Source of the DNA: Octopus vulgaris
Lineage: Eukaryota
Assembly: GCA_951406725.2 (NCBI GenBank)
Contig: OX597820.1
Coordinates: 81,964,001-82,028,000 of the forward strand
Reading direction: 5' to 3'
DNA: 64,000 bases
Under the pieces are notes generated by a model that worked only from the letters and a program-made list of their open reading frames with translations, searched no databases and had not been told where the DNA came from. The translations under genes were made by a program, and so were the position numbers. Shown here in pieces: positions 11,806 through 24,490 of this stretch; the stretch's first letter is position 1, and the number at the start of each line of letters is the position of its first letter.

Positions 11806-13083
11806 GTCATCCCATAAGTTCTGTCTGAATTTTGAATAAAGAAAACAAGTGATCAAATATTATATTTAATTGAAATTTAATCATCAATGTACTTTCCCTG
11901 ATTATCTATGACTTCCTTTCATCTATGTACAAGCTTTTTAATCCCATCAATGTAAAACTCTGTTGGTTTCAAAGCGAAGAACTCTGAAATGTCAGTTTCG
12001 ACCTCCTCCTGGCTTGCGAAAGTTGTCCCCCAAATGATTCTGTAAACTATGAAACAAATGGTAGTCTGAAGGAGCAAGATCGGCAGAATTAGGTGGATGA
12101 GGAATTTTTCCCAACCAACCTCTTCGATATTCCGTGATATGATCTTTGCAGTGTGGAGTCGCACATTGTCCTGATGAAACATCACTCCTTTTCCATTCAC
12201 TAAAGCGGGTCGTTATTTCTTCAAAGCTTGGTTCAAGCGCTCTGATTGCTGACAGTTGACTTGAGCATTGATTGTTGCATCAGGTGGTAACAATTCAAAG
12301 TGAATTACTCCTTTGCAATCCCACCAGATAGAAAGATGAACCTTTTTCCCATAAAGTTCCCTTCTCGGTGGGGTTGAGCTATTTTCCCTTTTACCAAACC
12401 ACTGTTTACGACGTTTAACATTTCGATAGAAGATCCATTTTTCGTCACCAGTCACAAGTCTATCCAAAAAGGGTGAAATGAGTTCGCGAGATTGGAAAGA
12501 AGAGCAGATATCAACTCAGGATTTGCGGTTGCTTTCGGACAATTCATGACTCATCCATTTTCCAAGTTTAGGAACCTTTCCAAGTTGTTGAAGAAGACGA
12601 TGAACAGTTGTATGGTTTGAACTAAGCTTTATTGCCAATTCTTCAACTGATAATGCAGGATTTTCTTCAAGTAATGCCTCATGGAGCTTATCAGCAATCT
12701 CAACTGGACGTCCTGTTCGATTTTCATCGTCAAGGCTGAAATCTCCACTTCTGAATTTTGCAAACCATCTTCTGCAAGTGCTTTCATTCAAACATTCTTT
12801 CCCATAAACTGAGTGTGTTTCGAGTCGCTTCGGTTGCAGAGATTCCTTTTTTGTACTCATAAAGCTTCAAATGCTCTTTGAATACTTCTATGTTAGAAAG
12901 GCTTTTAATCAAAGAAATCTTAATTCTATTATTCTGTAAAATAATAAAATAATGTTTTATTAGTTTAAATGTACATAAATGCATAAAAATAATTTAAAAT
13001 TCTATTAGGTATTCTAAAACATTATTAAATTTCATTCAATTCTAAAAAAGGTAAACTCGGACAGAACTTATGGGATGACCTGA
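11802..13083 (-). mobile_element. Full-length mariner transposon (D,D34D type), transposase frameshifted
   Basis: TIRs tcaggtcatcccataagttctgtc / gacagaacttatgggatgacctga, flanked by TA; 1282 bp. Motifs WMSHELSE, VTGDEKW, HQDNVRLH and PPNSADLAPSDY lie in successive frames. Confidence 0.95.
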
Positions 13084-13142
13084 TATATATATTATATATA
13101 TTATATATATATATTATACATATATATATATATGTGTGTATG

Positions 13143-13173
<31 letters not shown>

Positions 13174-13174
13174 G

Positions 13175-13390
13175 TGACCTCGTGAGTACCACTGGCGATT
13201 TTTTTTCCTCTGTCTTCCCTTCTCGGGATCTTTCCTTCTTCTATGTTTCCGACGAAGAGCTCTGCTCGAAACGTTAAACCCTCCTTCTTCCCTTCTTTCC
13301 TGAGCGTCCAATAATACTTTATTTGTTCCACGTCCTCGCGTTGTTGTGTTTTTTTTTTTTGTTTTTGTGTTTTCTTGTTTGGATTAACTT
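13175..13390 (+). mobile_element. Short non-coding repeat carrying a minimal hammerhead-like motif
   Basis: Related units at 23500-23640 (+) and 58404-58613 (-); all share the HHR-like core followed about 25-35 nt later by tcctgag. Confidence 0.65.
13245..13279 (+). ncRNA. Minimal hammerhead-like motif
   Basis: gttt-CCGACGA-a-gagc tct gctc-GAAA-cg-TT-aaac. Stem I gttt/aaac, palindromic ACGT stem III. Confidence 0.65.
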
Positions 13391-13557
13391 TATATATATA
13401 TATGTGTGTGGGTGTGTGTGTGTGTGTGTGTGTGACTTGTAGAGTTGTCACTTTAGATTGCAGCATCTCACAGTCTCATCCCCGCCCGCCACCTATGTTG
13501 ACATCCACACACACACACAAACAAACACATACAAACACACACACTCACACACACACA

Positions 13558-13593
<36 letters not shown>

Positions 13594-14209
13594 CACACAT
13601 AATACAGGCTTCCATCTCTTAAACATATTAAGATATATATGTGTACAGAAGAGGTGTGTAAATTTATGTGTCTAGTACATATATAGTTTTGTACCTCAAT
13701 ACCACCTTAACAGCTGTATAATGCAGCATTTATATACATCTCTAAATAGAACTATAGATTCTTACTTTGCACACTGTGACTTGTACAGTTGTCACTTTAG
13801 ATTGCAGCATCTCATAGTCTCATCCCCGCCCGCCACCTATGTTGACATCCTCACCTGAACTAAATACAGCTTACACTTTATCTGTACATACAAATGCCTA
13901 CCACCTGCACCAGTTTCTAAAACATGAGCCATTCATACTGAAGAGCCGAAGGATAACAACAAGCAAGTTACACACGTGCTGTTGCATTGCACAGATAATG
14001 ATCAACGTACACATATACTCATGTGTATACTGTCAAAGCTTCCATGTCTAATGTACCATTAATCGTGTGTGTTTGTGTGTGTGTATTAGATATAAGTATG
14101 TATGTGTAAGTGTATACGAATGTATGTATGTATGTATGTTCCAGCATGGCCACAGTCATTGGACTGAAATATATAATAGAATATATATATATAATGTATA
14201 TATATATTA

Positions 14210-14724
14210 CTAGCAGTATCGCCCGGCGTTGCTCGGGTTTGTAAGGGAAATGACTATATAAGCATTTTTAGAGAGTTACTTCCTTTATAGATGCCAATTC
14301 GGGCTTTCTTAGCCATTTCTATTTTGGTGTCTTCAAGCCATGAAGTCGTTGTTCTAAAAGAACGCTGGTCTCCTTGACAACGCTTTACGACGTTGATTTC
14401 CTTACACTCCCTTCCCCACAGCTTCACGAGGGAGGGAAGAAGGGGGAGAAGCAAACAGGTGCAGGTGTGACCATGGACGCCAACTCCGCCGCCATCGACA
14501 CACGAAAAATTATGCATTAAAATGGAATAAAAAATGATGTTAAATTATTTTTAAAATCGTAGACTCATCGTAGACGCACGCTAATACTCAGACGGGCTTG
14601 ATATGAATCACGACTATAAGATACCCGAATTTGGTTAAACTGCACCGCAAAATGTGGGAGTAGTTAGGAATCTAAATCGAAGGGGACAGACACTCACACA
14701 ACTACAGTTTTATATATATATAGA
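14210..14724 (-). mobile_element. Non-autonomous Helitron
   Basis: Minus strand starts 5'-TC after a host A and ends CTAG-3' before a host T, with subterminal hairpin cccgagcaacgccggg (14222-14237). Confidence 0.8.
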
Positions 14725-14742
14725 TATAATATTTACATATAA

Positions 14743-16115
14743 CACTGGTCTACAAGGTCTTTGGTGATTAGGAAATAGACATCATTCCGATACAAAATCG
14801 GTCTCCTGACTCCTTCGTTTTGACCTATCAGATCTAGTTTTTTAAGTTAGTCACTATGTATGTGCGTACGTCCAGTACGCAGTGTTCGTTACCTTATTCT
14901 AAGTTTTTTGTCTTTTTCTATACCTTTTAGACGTTGTGGTGAATTAAGCTATAGAAAATGAGCAAGATGTCCTCTTCAAGAAAGTGTTACGTTAATTCTT
15001 CCAAATGTGTTTTATGTTTGTGGAGAATACACATTATTTAAAAATCGAAAAAACATCACCAATTTTGTTGAAAGAGTGTATATGGCATATTTTGGGGTGA
15101 AGCTGGGAGATACTGGGCACCGCGTAGTGTCTGCAAACAATGTACAGAACGTTTGTGACAGTGAACTAAAGGGACAAGGAAAAGTTTGAGGTTTACTATA
15201 CCAGTGGTATGATGGGATCCCTATAATCACGTGGACGACTGCTATTTTTGTAACCAAAATTTAAAAGAGTATTAACCGGAAAAATCGACAAACGCTTGCC
15301 TCTTCTATTAGACCGTTTCCTCACAGTGAAGAGCTTCCTGTTCTTGTCTTCAATGTCTTGCCTCAGATACCTTTACCCCCAACAAAGAAGATTCATCACC
15401 TGAAGATGACACTAGATATCAAGACTTTTCAGTCGAGACTTTGCCTCAGTTATTCTCCCAGGTGGAGCGGAATGATTTAGTTCGTGACTTGAACCTCCCA
15501 AAAGATTCTGCAGAACTGTTGGATTTCCCGAGAATGGTGTCCATATAACCTTTTATCGGAGTTAGTATGAAGAGTTCCTTTCTTTCTTCACAAAAGAAGA
15601 AGAACTGGCATACTGCAGATATGTTAGTGAGGTTCTTAATAAACTTGGCATTGAAGAATACAAACTAGAGGAATGGTGTCTTTTCATAAACAACTCTAAG
15701 CGTAGTTTAAAATGTGTATTGTTGCATAACGGAAATGTGTATGGCTCTGCTCCACTCGGCCACTCAATAACTCTGAAGAAAAAAATGTGAAGAAATTAAG
15801 TTGGTTGTAGAGACGTTACTGTATCATGATCATAAATGGGTCATTTGCGTTGAATTAAAGATGGTGAATTTTCTCATGGGACAGCAACCTGGTTATACCA
15901 AATACCCATGCTTTCTTTGCATGTGGGGCAGCAGAGACCGAGTAAACCACTATGTTAAGAAGGAATGGCCGCCCCGAAAAAATATGGAAGAACCTTTAGC
16001 TGGGCGAGATAAGATCATTTTCACCCCTTTGCACATCAAACTCGGATTGATCAAGCAATTCGTTCAAGCTCTTGGCAAAAATGGGGAATGCTTCAAGTAT
16101 ATCTGCTGTGTATAG
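14743..16115 (+). mobile_element. Chapaev3-like (CMC) DNA transposon, 3'-truncated and decayed
   Basis: Peptides FYVCGEY..AYFGVKLGD, NHVDDCYF, WCLFINNSKRSLKCVLLHNGN, GYTKYPCFLCMW and [16 protein letters not shown]. Candidate terminus CACTG preceded by TAA. Superfamily assigned from memory of these motifs. Confidence 0.7.
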
Positions 16116-16116
16116 G

Positions 16117-16216
<100 letters not shown>

Positions 16217-16566
16217 TTTTATACGCTTCAGTCTTAAAGTTGTAGCCATACTGGGGCACCGCCTGTATATACATATTATATTCATGAATGTATATGTGTA
16301 TACGAATGTGTATGTATATACGAATGTATGTATAGCAGTTTGTGTGCCTCCGTTAGTTTGATATTTACATACAAGTCCAAATAACCTTCACCATTTCAGT
16401 TTTAGTTCGATTTTTTTTTTACTCCACGTCATTACTTTCTATTGCCCTGTTAGCATCTCTACACTTGATCCTCCGCTATCCGAAATCTGTTCAATCATTC
16501 TTTACACTGACCTCACTTTATCTTTTTCTCTCTCATGCCTTTTGTCTCTCTCGCATTCTCTCCCTT

Positions 16567-16602
<36 letters not shown>

Positions 16603-16830
16603 CTTGCTCGCTCTCGCTCTCTATTTTTGAAGGTTTTATGTACGTTTTTATCTGTTCGTTATTTTTTAATTTCATGTCTGCTTTTATTTCTTCTTTCTCT
16701 GTTTATACATATTTTGCATATATTTTCTAAATGTTTTTTTTATATGGTTTCCAAAAAAAATTGATACATGCAGGTTTGTGTGTATTTATGTGTACAGTTT
16801 AACGCTATTTTTGCTTTCTTAGTTAAGTCA

Positions 16831-17989
16831 GAAAAATAGCGTTAAACTGTACACATGAATACACACATCTTAGAGCAAAGCGCAGAGTGGAATGCACCGC
16901 CTTATATTAACTTTATTGATTTCGAAAAAGCATTTTATAGTGTAGATAGGAAAATTATTCAGCACTATGGCATATCAGACAAGTATATATCTATAATAAG
17001 AGCAACTTACCAAGGAATGTCATGCCGAGTCTTGCATGGAAACGGTGCTACCGATGAATTCGAAGTAAAAAAAGGAGTTCGACAGGGCTGTATACTTTCT
17101 CCCTTTTTGTTTCTACTAGTTATATTTTGGATTATGAAGGAAACTACGATTGAAAGCCAAACAGGCATTGAATGGACGGATGCAGAAGCTCTAGAAGATC
17201 TCGACTTTGCAGATGATATAGCGCTACTTTCACAAACATATAGCCAAATGCAAAATTAAACGTCAAAATTAGAAGCAATAGCTGCCAAACTAGGATTGAA
17301 AGTCAACCGCGACAAATCAAAAATTATGCGCGTTAATGAAGAAAACAGCGAACGTATTAAACTAGAAATCGGTGAACTAGAGGATGTAGCCGAATTTACG
17401 TATTTAGGTAGTAAGATAAGGTTTCCAGGCGGCACCGACGAAGATATTAAGGCGAGAATAAGTAAGGGAAGGGCCGCTTTTCACCTTTTAAAGAAAGTAT
17501 GGAGTGCAAGTGTAATTTCAATAAAGAACAAAATAAGAATTTTTAACACTAACGTAAAAGCGGTGTTATTGTATGAGGCTGAAACATGGCGAACAACAGT
17601 TAAGTCAATTAAGCAAATACAATCATTCATCAACAGATGCTTGCGTAGCATATTTAAATTAGATGGTCCGAAAACATATGCAATATGGAGCTATGGCAAA
17701 GAACAAATCAAGTTTCGATTAGGGAGTAAATATTTCAGAAAAAGTGGAAGTGGATTGGTAGCACAATAAGAAAAGACACAAAATGTAGCGAAAAGTGCTT
17801 TACAGTAGAATCTGGATGGATATAGAAAGAAAGGTAGGCCTAAGAACTCGTGGTGTAAATCAACACAAAAGGAACTAGAGAAAGGGGGACATTCATGGCA
17901 GAGTATAAGTAAAGAAGCTAAAAATTATGCGACATAGAATTCAACTATAAGTGGCCTATACTCCGCGTTGGACGGTTAAAGACAGAAGA
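16831..17989 (+). mobile_element. RTE-clade LINE, 5'-truncated, with 10-bp TSD
   Basis: RT motifs FIDFEKAF, GVRQGCILSP, LDFADD, FTYLGS and LLYEAETW; gaagaa tail; TSD agttaagtca at 16821-16830 and 17990-17999. Confidence 0.92.
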
Positions 17990-18479
17990 AGTTAAGTCAC
18001 AATGTATATTGAACTTATGGGTGAGTACGTGCACATATCTGTATGTGCAAATACTCGATTTGCTGCAAGTAAGTAACAAATATGAATACGTATACCTGTG
18101 TGTATTTATGTATATGAGTATTTACATGTGCACATGTAGCTAAACTTCTGCACTCGTGCATGTAGCTATCTGCATGTAAATTTATGTGCGTGAATGTGTG
18201 AGCGTATGCGTACTAGTGTGGCACAACAGAAGTTCACAACAACTTCCAGTTCACGACATACCTTAAACAGTTGAACCAAATGATGGCAAAAAGCCACGCA
18301 TATTTCCTTGGTTGAGAAAGCCATCAGTCCAATTTAACACTATCTTTGCGACATGTGTGTTTTATGCATATGTATTTGTAGATGTGTGTATGTTTATTTA
18401 TATATATAATATAAAGCATATTCCAAGAATACTAGTTGTGGTCCGCATTTGCAGAACTTGTATAATCTGGGAAAATGAA

Positions 18480-19500
18480 CAAAAACAATACAGCGACATT
18501 TTGGTGGGGTTTGAAGCATGCAACCTTTCGATCAAAGTCTTGCTTCAGAGTTAAGATGAAAGCGGGGAGAAAAGAAAAGACTGTTGGGTTTTACATCCTC
18601 TATGGTTGAGCGACTGGCTGTAACTGATGGAGAACTCAAGATATCGTGAACCTGCCTACGTAGGTATGAAGAGATGGAGAGAAAAACTTGGTGAAAAAGA
18701 AAGAAGTAAAGAGAAAGAGAAGCCGGCGAGAGTGAGGTAGAGGTAAAGTGTTATGCAAGAGTGAAGGTGAAAGATAATAACTGGGAATTCCTGAACTAAG
18801 AGGCGGGTGAATGAGTAGAAGGACATGCATTTTATTTAAACCCGCCGGAAATGCGCTTCCAACTCTGAATGTAAAACGTTGTTACTTCCGATTTCTTGAG
18901 TGTGCAAATCGACGGTATACAGAGATGCTGCGCACGGATTAATGGAATGAATCGTTACGCTGAAGTTGGTGGTGACGGGTTGGCCGGTCGTATGTGGTAA
19001 TGTGCTTCGAAGGTGTACGCGAAATCTATCGGCAAGGTGATGGGCTGTTTTCGAAATGTAAAAAGCGATGAAAAGTTTCTAGATGATGCAATATACGAGG
19101 CTGGAAGATGCGCAGGAGAGGTTTTGTGATGATGTAGCTTAGGCCGGTGACGTTTGTAGCTTTGTTAATGTAAGGGCAGTTATTGTAGAGTCAGTGAGCG
19201 CATTTAAAAGTGTGTACATGTCGGTGGCCGCACACTATGAAGTTTCTAACTAGGAGGTTACCCAAGTTGTTACCTTTCTTGAAGGTGAGGAGACGTGATA
19301 CAGAAAAGGCTGGAGCAGTTGTGAAGTCAGAGGGTCCTATCTGGAAGTTTCAAAGAGAGAAGTGACGGGTGGAAAGTGAACAAGAGTGGAATTCGTTCTG
19401 TAAGTGTGTGTAAATATAATAGGGTGTGCGGTAGTGAGGTTGATGGTCTCGACAAGACTGAGTACAGGGCTCACAACCGATCGATGGTAACTGCAATTCA
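18480..19500 (-). mobile_element. Penelope-like 3' remnant: GIY-YIG domain plus 3' UTR
   Basis: Minus strand CPYIN..., LSCASSSLVYCII*KLFIAFYISKTAHHLADRFRVHLR, and FRVGSAFPAGLN. Degenerate HHR-like CTGAAGC-aagac tttg atc-GAAA at about 18526-18548. Confidence 0.75.
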
Positions 19501-19571
19501 AGGAATGTAGCACTCTCTCATACTGGGATTCGAAATTCGAATCACCGTGTGTGTGTGTGTGTGTATCTGTT

Positions 19572-19770
19572 CAGTGACATGATACCGTGCTGCAGCACGG
19601 AATTTTGTCAGTTAACAGGTTGCGGTTTCAAAGCGACGAAAATATTTTGACAAATTAAATTTAAATATTGAAGTGAATTTAACGGTTTTCGTGTTTTTAA
19701 ATGGCTTCTAAACACCTTCCACGCTGCAATTACTTTTGTTACAGCACGCGATCTCAGATCAAGTCACTTA
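19572..19770. mobile_element. Possible MITE
   Basis: Imperfect inverted ends agtgacatgat..cgtgctgca and acagcacgcgatctcagatcaagtcact. Confidence 0.3.
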
Positions 19771-20459
19771 GCGTGAAATATATATATGTATGTACACTCA
19801 CACACGCACGTATATGTGTTGCGTGTGTGAATGTGTGTGTGTGTGCGTGTATGTATGTGTGTGTGTGTGTGTTCACATACATATGCGTATATAATATAAA
19901 ATTTTATTGGCGAAGGAATACTTACTATAAAGGTATAAATTGCGTTTCGATGAAACGGGCGCACCATTTCCGCTTCCGGCATCTGACAAAAGATCTTCAT
20001 CATCACTTGTCCGCGATATTATTCCAACCATTTTCATTTTCAAAAACTGATTGGCCTGATCAATATTTTCCAAGAAATCTACGAAGAGAGAAATATCGGG
20101 CAATTAGTTGACTATAAATTCAATCAAGCAAATATTAATTCACAATACACTTTACTGAAAGGATTATCGCCTCAATGGTAGGATAAACAGAAATTATCTT
20201 CCAAGTAATGCATCCTGCGTCAGGTGAACGGAATCCCTCCCTCCACCACCACTTTATATATTCTACAGAAGAAGATGAGTTTGTCCACTGTAAACCAAAG
20301 AGACAGCTATTTATTTATTGACATCCTCTGCTGAATATTCTCAAAAATGGTTTCCAATAAAGAGAAGAGCAAAACAAATATATTATTAATATCCACTGAT
20401 ATTTGTTTGAAATTTTGAATGATGTTTTCCAAAGTTTATTGCCATCTAGTTCTCAGAAT

Positions 20460-21785
20460 GTGATTCTTTGGGTAGAATTGCGGTTACAATATCACTACTC
20501 ATTTCAAATTAGAACTGCCTCTTCCTTACTCTACCAAATCCACCGGGTAAATTTCTTTATGAGCTAAACAAAATATTTAAATTTCTCTTGGGTGGAAAAT
20601 CGGAAAAAATTAAGAGAGTTGTTGCTTGTAAGCCTGTTAAAGAAGGTGGACTTGGTATGGTTGAAGCTTTTGCTTACGTCAACTCTTTAAAACTATCCTG
20701 GATGATAAAGTTGGTGGACATTGACTGTGAATCCAAATGGAAGCTCTTATACCATGCTTCCTCCACAAAACTGAAAAATTTAGCAGTAATAAGTAACGTC
20801 TTCCGGAGCAAACTAGCTAACACTATTGGGAATGATTTTTGGCATGATTTGACAACTTTATAAATAAGATGGAGCCTAATTCATTTGATGAATTCAGAAC
20901 CAATTAACTTTGATAAAAACTTATGGGTCGGTAAAGGGGCAATCTTGTTTCCAGCGTGGTTTGAGAGAGGTGTTAGCAAGATTTGTGACTTTATCAATTT
21001 AGATGGATCTTACTGAACCCAGAATTTATTTAAACTAGATACAAATTTTCGCCAGTATAATGGGCTTATCAGGGCGATTAAAGGCTACCAAACAAAGTTA
21101 AAAATAAGCAAACCTACTGCTTTCCAACATTTAGAGGATAATACAGCTACCCGAAAGCTCATGTCTGTTAAGAAAGGAGCCAAACGATACTTCTATGTTT
21201 TAAACAATGTTGAGACTTGTTTAATATTCAAATACAAATAGGAAGTGTGTGTGCTTGCTGAACTGGAATGGGAAAAAAAAATTTACTACCTGTAAAGACA
21301 ACAACAGATGCTAAGTAACGATAGTTCCAGTTTAGAATTATACACAATATTTTAGCAACTAATTCTCTATTATTCAAGATTAAACTGGCCGAAAGCAACC
21401 TGTGAACTTTTTGTCAACGTGTGGTGGAGACGGTGTCACATCTTTTCTGGTATTGTGAATGTGTACGAGTCTTCTGGCAATGCTTCTTAGATTTGCTGTA
21501 TGAAAAGTGCATACATGTTCGCAACATGGAACTTGACCCACAGCTCATTCTATTCGGATTGAGAAAAACCACATATACTGATGGCATATTTGACTAGCTA
21601 ATATTATTAGCAAAATTTTTTATATACAAAAGCAAAGTGGCAAAAAACACTCTCAACTTTTTGATATTTTGTGCACGACAGATATCTAATTGAAAAAAAA
21701 AAAAACAGATCATACAATGAAAACAAGCAAGATGAATTTAATAAAAATTAGAGGCTCTACTTTGAGTTTGTTAACACATGGTAGT
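20460..21785 (+). mobile_element. L1/Tx1-like LINE ORF2 C-terminal fragment, decayed
   Basis: KIKRVVACKPVKEGGLGM, and the zf-RVT-like segment FQFRIIHNILATN...FCQRVVETVSHLFWYC. Confidence 0.8.
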
Positions 21786-22131
21786 CTAGTGTTACTTCTT
21801 GTAGAACTGTATAAAGATTTTATGAGCGATTGACGATTGAGTGTGTAGCCTACTTTATTTTCTTCTATTTATTTTTTATACATCCTGTTCTCTCTCTTCT
21901 CTTTATTTGTATTTTTATTTTATTTATTAGTATTTTTTGTTTCTGTCTCTTTTTCTTTCTCTTAAAAAAAGTCTTGTTCTCTATTTGTTTTAAACAAAAC
22001 TTCACGGTCCCCTAGCCGTGCTGTTTCATATTATAATAGGGAAAACTGGAAATAAAAAGTTAATTTTAAAAATGTTACGTCATTAATAATCTGTATATAT
22101 ATATATATATGTGTGTGTATGTGTGTGTATG

Positions 22132-22167
<36 letters not shown>

Positions 22168-22289
22168 TATATGTATATATGTATACATACATATATATGT
22201 ATATATATGTATATACATATATGTATATATGTATATATATACATATATATACATATTTGTATGTGTGTATACATATATATATACGTTTA

Positions 22290-22682
22290 TGAAATTTGTG
22301 TTGCAAGACTCCTGGTGTGGAATCGTGTGTTGGAACAGATATTGTATTTCGGGACGGTCATTTTTTTTTTGTGTTTTGCAAACACCCGCACTATATACTG
22401 TTCTTATTCTAACTCATATCCATTGTCTGATATGTGTGTATATATATATTAATTTGCTTTTTGCGGGAAGGAATGTTTCAAGGAAATCGTGTCTCGCCTT
22501 GACCTTCGAAACGCGGAGTAGATGAAACAGAGGCGATTGAAGAAGGGGAATTTTTCTTGTGTTGTATGTCCTGTACTCTAATTTTTCGTTGTTTAAGAAA
22601 AATGTCCATGTCCTTGGTTTTGTGTTTATGTTTTCGTTTCTCATTGTGTTCGGCGTTTTTTTTTTTTGAGTCCTGTACCCAT
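22290..22682 (+). mobile_element. Non-coding repeat with disrupted hammerhead-like motif
   Basis: ctgat (22427) is separated by a TA/TG-rich insert from stem gaagg..tcaagg/ccttga-ccttc, then GAAA-cgcggag-TA. Confidence 0.4.
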
Positions 22683-22761
22683 ATATGCATGTATATATAC
22701 ATGTAGATGTAGGTACGTACATATATGTATGTATATATGCATGTTTTATTTATTAATTTGT

Positions 22762-22826
<65 letters not shown>

Positions 22827-23039
22827 GTTTGTTTTTACGCTCTGTTATAAAAATAATTTTAATCTGATAAATTACTCTATACTTTTGTAGAGAACAGATT
22901 TATTATTCTTCTATAAAAAAATGTTGTTGCTGATAGCTTCGAAGTTTCAGCCAACTAACCCATGTGTTTTTATAAAATCATCTTTTGGTGTGTCGGTTTG
23001 ATACGTATGTATGAATATATATATATATATATATATTTA

Positions 23040-23439
23040 CTCTTTTCTTTTACTCTTTTACTTGTTTCAGTCATGTGACTGTGGCCATGCTGGAGCACCG
23101 CCTTTAGTCGAAGAAATCGACCCCAGGACTTATTCTTTGTAAGCCTAGTACTTATTCTGTCAGTCTCTTTTGTTGAACTGCTAAGTTACGGGGACGTAAA
23201 CACACCAGCATCGGTCGTCAAGCGATGTTGGGGGGGGACAAACACAGAATCATAAACATATATACACACATATATATGACGGGCGTCTTTCAGTTTCCAT
23301 CTACCAAATCCACTCACAAGGTTTTGGTTGACCCGAGGCTATAGTGGAAGACACTTGCCCAAGGTGCCACGCAGTGGGACTGAACCCAGAACCATGTGGT
23401 TGGTAAGCAAGCTACTTACCACACAGCCACTCCTATGCC
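23040..23439 (-). mobile_element. tRNA-derived SINE family A, full length
   Basis: Reverse complement of the 52077-52495 type: head ggcataggagtggctgtgtggtaag, B box gttcagtcc, tail actgaaacaagtaaaagag. Confidence 0.9.
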
Positions 23440-23542
23440 TGTGTGCATATATTTATTTAGTTAGTTTCTGTATGCAGTGACCATCTAATTGAGACACATT
23501 TATTCTTTTCTCTCTCCACTCTTTTTCTATCATTGTTTATTC

Positions 23543-23578
23543 TTTCTGAAAAAGAGCTGATGCTCAAAATATAAAAAA
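23543..23578 (+). ncRNA. CpG-decayed minimal hammerhead-like relic
   Basis: ttt-CTGAAAA-a-gagc tgat gctc-AAAA-tata-aaa aligns to the 13245 motif with CG to CA/TA changes. Confidence 0.4.
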
Positions 23579-23928
23579 ACTCTCTTTGCTATTTTTCCTG
23601 AGTATAAACTTAACACACTTTGTTTTTTGTACTCCATCTTTACATATATTTTTTAAAATTCTAGCAACATATGTATTGTAGCTACATGTTGAGAAATGAC
23701 AATGGCAGTGGCCATGATTACGATTATGATGGTAATGGTGAGGAAACGGATGAAGGAGGTCATGGTTCTAGAGATAGTGGTGCTGCTGTTGAAAAAAAAA
23801 TGTATTTGTGTATATAGATAGATAGAGATGGATAGGATTATGGATATAAGTATGCACATATATATTCATTAACTCACGCCGCGTATAACCCAAGTTAATA
23901 TCTATAGCCATATTAGGCCCCTGGATAC

Positions 23929-23972
<44 letters not shown>

Positions 23973-24449
23973 TATGAAAACTCCTCACAGCCTTGGCTTT
24001 GTTATCCCTTTTGTCTAATATATCTATATCTATATCTATATATATATGTATATATATAATATATATATTATGATCAAGTATCGTATAGCTCACTAGATGC
24101 GGAAGGTAGTTTCCATTAATATGTCTATTACACGACTGACTTCTTCCCCCCTCTCTCTCTCATTCTCTCTGTTTCTGTCTCTCTCTTCCCCCCTCTCTCT
24201 CTCACACACACACACACATATATACATACGACATGTAAATTAGAGTGCTGTTTTCTGTTTAGTATTTTTTCATGCTGACGAGCACCCTAGTTAATAGAAC
24301 AGCTGACACCCTCACTATCCAGCTCTGTATACGTATGTATGTGTGTATTATGTATGTATGTATGAATGTATATATTATGTATGTATGTATGAATGTATGT
24401 ATATATGTATGTATGTGCGTATGTATGTGTTTCTGTATATGTATATATA

Positions 24450-24490
<41 letters not shown>

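Noticed and set aside
24275-24320. CTGACGAG motif
   Set aside because: No stem II or GAAA follows.
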